Source: an uncultured Candidatus Rokubacteria bacterium (GTDB lineage: Bacteria > Methylomirabilota > Methylomirabilia > Rokubacteriales > CSP1-6). Taken from it: DNA of 64,000 bases. A program made the position numbers and the translations under genes. The notes under the pieces were generated by a model, which worked only from the letters and a program-made list of their open reading frames with translations, was not told the origin of the DNA and ran no database searches. The DNA lies in NCBI GenBank assembly GCA_963754315.1, contig CAVWFS010000008.1, positions 192,001 through 256,000 on the forward strand, read 5' to 3'. Below are positions 59,696 to 64,000 of the stretch, one piece after another; position 1 is the first letter of the stretch; each line of letters starts with the position of its first letter.

Positions 59696-60157
59696 GTGAA
59701 GACAGCCGGGGCGACTCTCATCGCTGCGGCCCTGCTGTTCGCCAGCGGCTGCGTCACGCGTCCCGATTGGATCGAAGCCACGCTGGTGACCGTCGACGTG
59801 AACGGAGTCTGGCAGGGGGCAATCTCCGGCGCCGCGCTGCCGTACCTTGGGACTCGGGGGAGCTCACCCTTGACCTCAAGCAGAATGGAGCAAAGGTCAC
59901 GGGAAGGTTGCAGCGTAGGACCGGTGACCAGCACGAGCGGGATTTCGCGACGATACTCTGGCCCACTCGCAGGGCGTGTGGGCGGCGACGTTCTCAATTT
60001 CACGGTAACGAGTGAAATGGGTGAGGGATTGGCAGGTGAACTGACAGTTCGCCACGACGAGATGGAAGGGATGGTGCGCGGAGCGGAGATCCAGGGAGCC
60101 AGGGTTCTGCTACGCCGGATCGATTCACCTTCACGGCTCCAGCGGGACAACCCCTAG
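59696..60157 (+). CDS. Hypothetical lipoprotein (beta-rich); probable internal compensating frameshifts
   Basis: Lipobox FASGC followed by PDWIEATLVTVDVNGVWQG; an alternative frame gives ELTLDLKQNGAKVTG. Confidence 0.65.
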   Translation: MKTAGATLIAAALLFASGCVTRPDWIEATLVTVDVNGVWQGAISGAALPYLGTRGSSPLTSSRMEQRSREGCSVGPVTSTSGISRRYSGPLAGRVGGDVLNFTVTSEMGEGLAGELTVRHDEMEGMVRGAEIQGARVLLRRIDSPSRLQRDNP

Positions 60158-60177
60158 AGCGGCCAAGCCCCAAACGC

Positions 60178-61110
60178 TCAGAGGGGGATGAGGCGCTTGC
60201 GATCGCCGGTGACGCCGATGGCGACGCCGCCGAGGATCAGCACGATGGCGGCCAACAGCGGCAAGGTCGGCGTCTCCCCCAGCCAGATGGTGGCAATCAC
60301 CACGCTGACGACCGGGGTGGCGAGCAACCCGAGGGACGTGGTGACGGCAGGCAGGTTGCGGCTGGCCACGGCGATCGCCCAATACGCCACGGCTGTGCCC
60401 GGCACACCAGCATAGAGCAGCAGGGCGACGAGCCGGACGTTCCATTCCGTGTTCGGCACCTTGGACGTCGCGATAGCCAGGGGCATCAGGATCGCGGTGG
60501 CGAGCAGCATCTCCCAGGGAACCAGATCGAAAGGGGTGGACTGCCATCGGTGGCCACGAATGTGCAGAATGCTGGCCGCCCACAGGAGCGCCGCCACGAT
60601 GATGGCGCCGTTACCGAGGACTGCCTCGCGGTTCGACCAGTCGAACGCAGCGGGATTGAACAGCACGAGCAAGCCCAGAAGACCGATGACCACCCCGGCC
60701 AGCCGTCGCACCGTGAGCCGTTCCCCCAGAAAGAGGCTGGCCCCTGGCGTCACCCAGAGCGGGGTCGTGTAGGCGAGGACCACCGAGCGTCCTGTGGACA
60801 CCAGTTGCAGCCCCCACGCCGCCAGAAGGGCGAAGCCCACCATGTGGAGCAAGGTGATGCTGAGCAACACCGGCATGTCGGCCCGCGGCGGGAGCGCGAG
60901 GCGGCCTCGCCAGAGCGCCATCGCGAACAGGGCCACGGTGGCGATTGCTGCCCGCAAGGCCATCATCCACAGCGGTGGGAGGCTTTCGAGGATCACCTTG
61001 TTCACAGGCCATGTCAGGCCCCAGGCGATCACCACCGTGATGAGGAGGACGACCCCCTCGCGATACGTCGCGCGATCGCGCGTTGAAGCCCAGCCAGATC
61101 GGCGCCTCAC
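60178..61110 (-). CDS. EamA/DMT family transporter
   Basis: WGLTWPVNK..PPLW..LR and YTTPLW..FLGERL motifs; about 10 TM segments; start uncertain. Confidence 0.9.
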   Translation of the reverse strand: MRRRSGWASTRDRATYREGVVLLITVVIAWGLTWPVNKVILESLPPLWMMALRAAIATVALFAMALWRGRLALPPRADMPVLLSITLLHMVGFALLAAWGLQLVSTGRSVVLAYTTPLWVTPGASLFLGERLTVRRLAGVVIGLLGLLVLFNPAAFDWSNREAVLGNGAIIVAALLWAASILHIRGHRWQSTPFDLVPWEMLLATAILMPLAIATSKVPNTEWNVRLVALLLYAGVPGTAVAYWAIAVASRNLPAVTTSLGLLATPVVSVVIATIWLGETPTLPLLAAIVLILGGVAIGVTGDRKRLIPL

Positions 61111-61339
61111 GATCCCGGGGTCAGGCGCCGGAGAACGTCTCGGTAGCTCGGCGCCACCTCCATTTCCGCCGTGAGTGGCGCCGCCGGAGAGGGAGGCATG
61201 CGCGGATCATAGCGGAGGGGACGCGACGAGGCTAGCTGCTGGTCGCCGTCCGCGACGCAATCCAGCCCGGAATTTCACGTCACGACTCGGCCGGGGTCCT
61301 AGCTCACGTAATGCCCATCATCCGGGTTGGGGGGACGCA

Positions 61340-61780
61340 ATGAACGAGAAGAGCCAGCTCTTGCAGGGGGCAGACGAAGCGTTCGCCGAATTGCAGCAGG
61401 CGACGGGAGGGCTCACCGAGGATGAAATGGTCGAGGTCTGGTTCGGGACGTGGGGTGTGCGTGAGATCCTGATCCACATCTCTGGTTGGCATCGGGCGAT
61501 GATTCCCGCGCTGCAGCGGGTGGGTCGGGGCGAGCCACCGTATCCACCCGGGACCTACGACGACTTCGATGCCTGGAACGCTCGGTTCGTAACCGAGAAA
61601 GTCGGTGTGAAGGTTGCCGATGTTCGGGCGGAACTGGAAGCGTCCCATCGCGACTTCATCCGTGCGGCCACGGCCGTGCCGGAGGACCACTTCGACGCGG
61701 CGCGCGAGCTGCTCGATGGTGCGGGGACCGCACACTATCGCGAACACACGGGGCAGATTCGCGGATGGCGGGAGCGGTAG
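61340..61780 (+). CDS. DinB-superfamily (ClbS/DfsB-like) four-helix-bundle protein
   Basis: WGVREILIHISGW..DAWNA..HYREH. Confidence 0.8.
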   Translation: MNEKSQLLQGADEAFAELQQATGGLTEDEMVEVWFGTWGVREILIHISGWHRAMIPALQRVGRGEPPYPPGTYDDFDAWNARFVTEKVGVKVADVRAELEASHRDFIRAATAVPEDHFDAARELLDGAGTAHYREHTGQIRGWRER

Positions 61781-61846
61781 GTCTACCGAGACCGCGGCAG
61801 CTCCTCGGGGGGCGTCCCGCTCGCCTACGACATGCAGGCGCGCGCC

Positions 61847-62632
61847 TCAGCCGACGAAGACGCCCCCCGAGGGGTGCAGGATCTCGCCGGTGAAGTACGC
61901 GGCCTCATCCGAAGCGAGAAACAGCGCGGTGCTGGCGACCTCCTCCGGTGTCCCGAAGCGGCCCATGGGGGTCATGCCCATTGCCCGGCGTGAACGATTC
62001 GCGTCGGCGCGCAAGGTCGCCGTCATCGGTGTCTCGATGAACCCGGGCCCGATCGCGTTGACGCGGATTCCCTCCGATGCGAGCTCCTGCGCCAGGCACT
62101 TGGTGAGCATCCAGACGCCGGCCTTGCTCACACTGTAGGCCCCACCGCGCAAGGGCATCTTCGACATGATGGATCCCAGATTGATGATGCTCCCACGCCG
62201 GTGGTGGGTGACCATCCATCGGGCCACCGCTCGGTTCGAGTACAGCACTCCGTAGAGGTTGACGTCGACGACCCGGCGAAATTGCTCGGTCGGCACGCTG
62301 AGGACCGTGTGAGGCTGGTCGGAGTCGGTTGCCGGCCGTCGTGGGCTGCCTACTCCGGCCGCAGCCACGAGGATGTCGACCGCTCCCAGGGCGTCGACGC
62401 AGCGGTTGACCATGACCTCGTTGGCCGCCTCGTCCGTGGTGTCGACCTGCACGGCCAACGAGGTCTGCCTCGTGCCGTTCAAGGTCTTCACGGTATCTGA
62501 GGCCGCGCTCAGGTCGAGGTCAGCGACGCACACCTTGGCCCCTTCCGCCGCGAACCGTAGCGCACACGCCCGGCCGATGCCGCTGCCGCCGCCGGTGATC
62601 AGCGCAATCTTGTCCGTGAGCCGTCCGGCCAT
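61847..62632 (-). CDS. SDR oxidoreductase
   Basis: TGGGSGIG, YSVSK and RVNAIGPG motifs. Confidence 0.93.
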   Translation of the reverse strand: MAGRLTDKIALITGGGSGIGRACALRFAAEGAKVCVADLDLSAASDTVKTLNGTRQTSLAVQVDTTDEAANEVMVNRCVDALGAVDILVAAAGVGSPRRPATDSDQPHTVLSVPTEQFRRVVDVNLYGVLYSNRAVARWMVTHHRRGSIINLGSIMSKMPLRGGAYSVSKAGVWMLTKCLAQELASEGIRVNAIGPGFIETPMTATLRADANRSRRAMGMTPMGRFGTPEEVASTALFLASDEAAYFTGEILHPSGGVFVG

Positions 62633-62698
62633 GCTGAGATCCTCCCATCGCTCGATGTCAGCTTCGGAGCTGAAGCGTGCGCCAGCGCGTGACGCCGG

Positions 62699-63868
62699 TC
62701 AAGAACCATGGGCGAGGGTGAGGCATAGCAGGTCGATCATGCGATCGATCTCGTCACGAGACACCGTGAGGGCCGGCATGAATCGAAGCGTGTCAGGCCG
62801 AGGCGCATTGATGAGCAGGCCCTGCTCCAGAGCGGCCCGGGCTACCTTGACGGCATCCTGTCCTTGGAGCGCCAGCGCCACGAGTAGACCCCGTCCGCGC
62901 ACCTCACCGTGTCCGAGGTCCGCGGAGAGGATCCGCAGCCGCTCCTGCAGATAGTGACCGTTGGCCACCACCGCCGCCAGGAACGCGGGATTGCTCACGG
63001 TTTCCACGACGGCGCAGCCGACGGCGGCCATGAGGGCATTGCCATTGAACGTGCCACCCTGGTCACCGGGATCGAAACAGCTGGCGCGTTCGGACGCCAC
63101 GAGGGCGGCAATCGGTACGCCTCCGCCAAGACCCTTGCCCAGGGTGACGATGTCGGGATCGATCCCGGCATGTTCGTAGCCGAATAGGTGCCCCGTGCGT
63201 CCGATCCCGGTCTGGATTTCATCGAGGATGAGCAGGAGATCCCGTTCCCGCGTCAGGCGCCGAAGGTCGCGCAACCACGCGTCGTCAGCCACGAACACGC
63301 CGGCTTCGCCCTGGATCGGTTCAAGCATGACTGCGACCGTCGCTGCGGTCACGGCCTTGTTCACGGCGTCCAGGTCACCCAGGGAGACCTTCCGGAATCC
63401 GGGAACCTTCGGTTCGAACAAGGTCTCCCAGGCGGGCTTCCCCGAGGCGGCCATGGTGGCCAGGGTGCGGCCATGGAACCCGCCATGGAACGTGATGATC
63501 TCGAAGGCTCCGCCCCGGTGGCGCGCGCCCCACTTGCGGGCGAGCTTGATGGCGCCCTCGTTCGCCTCGGCGCCGCTGTTGCACAGAAACACATCGCGCA
63601 GATGAGTGCCCTCGGCAAGCAGGCTGGCCAGCCGCGCCATGGGCTCGTTGTAGTACGCCGGACTGCAGTTGATGAGTCGGCCCGCCTGCCGATGGAGCGT
63701 ATCGGCGATGATCGAGGGCGCATGCCCGAGACAGTTGACGGCCCAGCCCTGCACGAAGTCGAGGTACTTCCGGCCATCTTCGCCCCACAACCACGATCCG
63801 CGCCCTTTCACCATGACGACCGAAGGGCGGTCGGTCACGTTCATCACGTGCTCGACGTTGCAGTTCAT
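62699..63868 (-). CDS. argD: Acetylornithine aminotransferase
   Basis: [42 protein letters not shown] and LGKGLGGG motifs. Confidence 0.92.
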   Translation of the reverse strand: MNCNVEHVMNVTDRPSVVMVKGRGSWLWGEDGRKYLDFVQGWAVNCLGHAPSIIADTLHRQAGRLINCSPAYYNEPMARLASLLAEGTHLRDVFLCNSGAEANEGAIKLARKWGARHRGGAFEIITFHGGFHGRTLATMAASGKPAWETLFEPKVPGFRKVSLGDLDAVNKAVTAATVAVMLEPIQGEAGVFVADDAWLRDLRRLTRERDLLLILDEIQTGIGRTGHLFGYEHAGIDPDIVTLGKGLGGGVPIAALVASERASCFDPGDQGGTFNGNALMAAVGCAVVETVSNPAFLAAVVANGHYLQERLRILSADLGHGEVRGRGLLVALALQGQDAVKVARAALEQGLLINAPRPDTLRFMPALTVSRDEIDRMIDLLCLTLAHGS

Positions 63869-63999
63869 GTCCTTTGTCCTTCCGCATAGGGCTGGTCCGC
63901 CCTTCGCTCCATGAGCCGATCAGCGTAGCGCGCCGCCGTGAAACCGTATTGGCGGTACAACTCGTGGGCGTCCCGGGTGAACAGAGTCCACAGTCGAAG
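63865..63999 (-). CDS. GNAT acetyltransferase, C-terminal part (truncated by window edge)
   Basis: [25 protein letters not shown]; stop overlaps the argD start (ATGA); not in the ORF track. Confidence 0.75.
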   Translation of the reverse strand, partial: LRLWTLFTRDAHELYRQYGFTAARYADRLMERRADQPYAEGQRT

Positions 64000-64000
64000 G

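Noticed and set aside
1..64000. tRNA/rRNA genes, transposases, integrases, prophage or defence systems
   Set aside because: None recognised by eye; nearly all the sequence is explained by metabolic and transport CDSs. tRNAscan, Rfam and DefenseFinder were not run

Overview
High-GC (roughly 68-70% by eye), gene-dense bacterial chromosome segment of about 60 genes. Gene content and the G/C-rich hairpin repeats suggest Candidatus Rokubacteria (Methylomirabilota) or a similar soil lineage; this is inference only. The window is mostly catabolic and scavenging genes: two hydantoinase/oxoprolinase A+B pairs, two Mo-hydroxylase (XDH/CODH family) loci, three luciferase-like (probably F420-dependent) oxidoreductases, amidohydrolases, SDRs, an acyl-CoA dehydrogenase, a CoA-transferase III and a GH88. 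It also has sugar- and peptide-type ABC components with no ATPase gene, and housekeeping genes (corA, thiD, tatC, DEAD-box helicase, short MetE-like, argD, ycaQ-like). I found no rRNA, tRNA, CRISPR array, transposase or phage gene. The most notable items are: (1) an ~85-bp double-hairpin repeat family in two tandem arrays (37.5 kb, 54.0 kb) plus a half copy (20.6 kb), showing stem covariation, with both arrays directly 5' of a gene in the same orientation; (2) a hydantoinase B with an apparent C-terminal CDC48/VAT-N-like double-psi beta-barrel; (3) a low-GC ~40-codon VgrG/gp5 C-terminus-like remnant not in the ORF track; (4) a lone DUF1989 protein; (5) apparent leaderless -10 promoters; (6) several single-base insertion frameshifts in otherwise intact genes, most likely assembly errors. 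I cannot claim a complete novel system from sequence alone.
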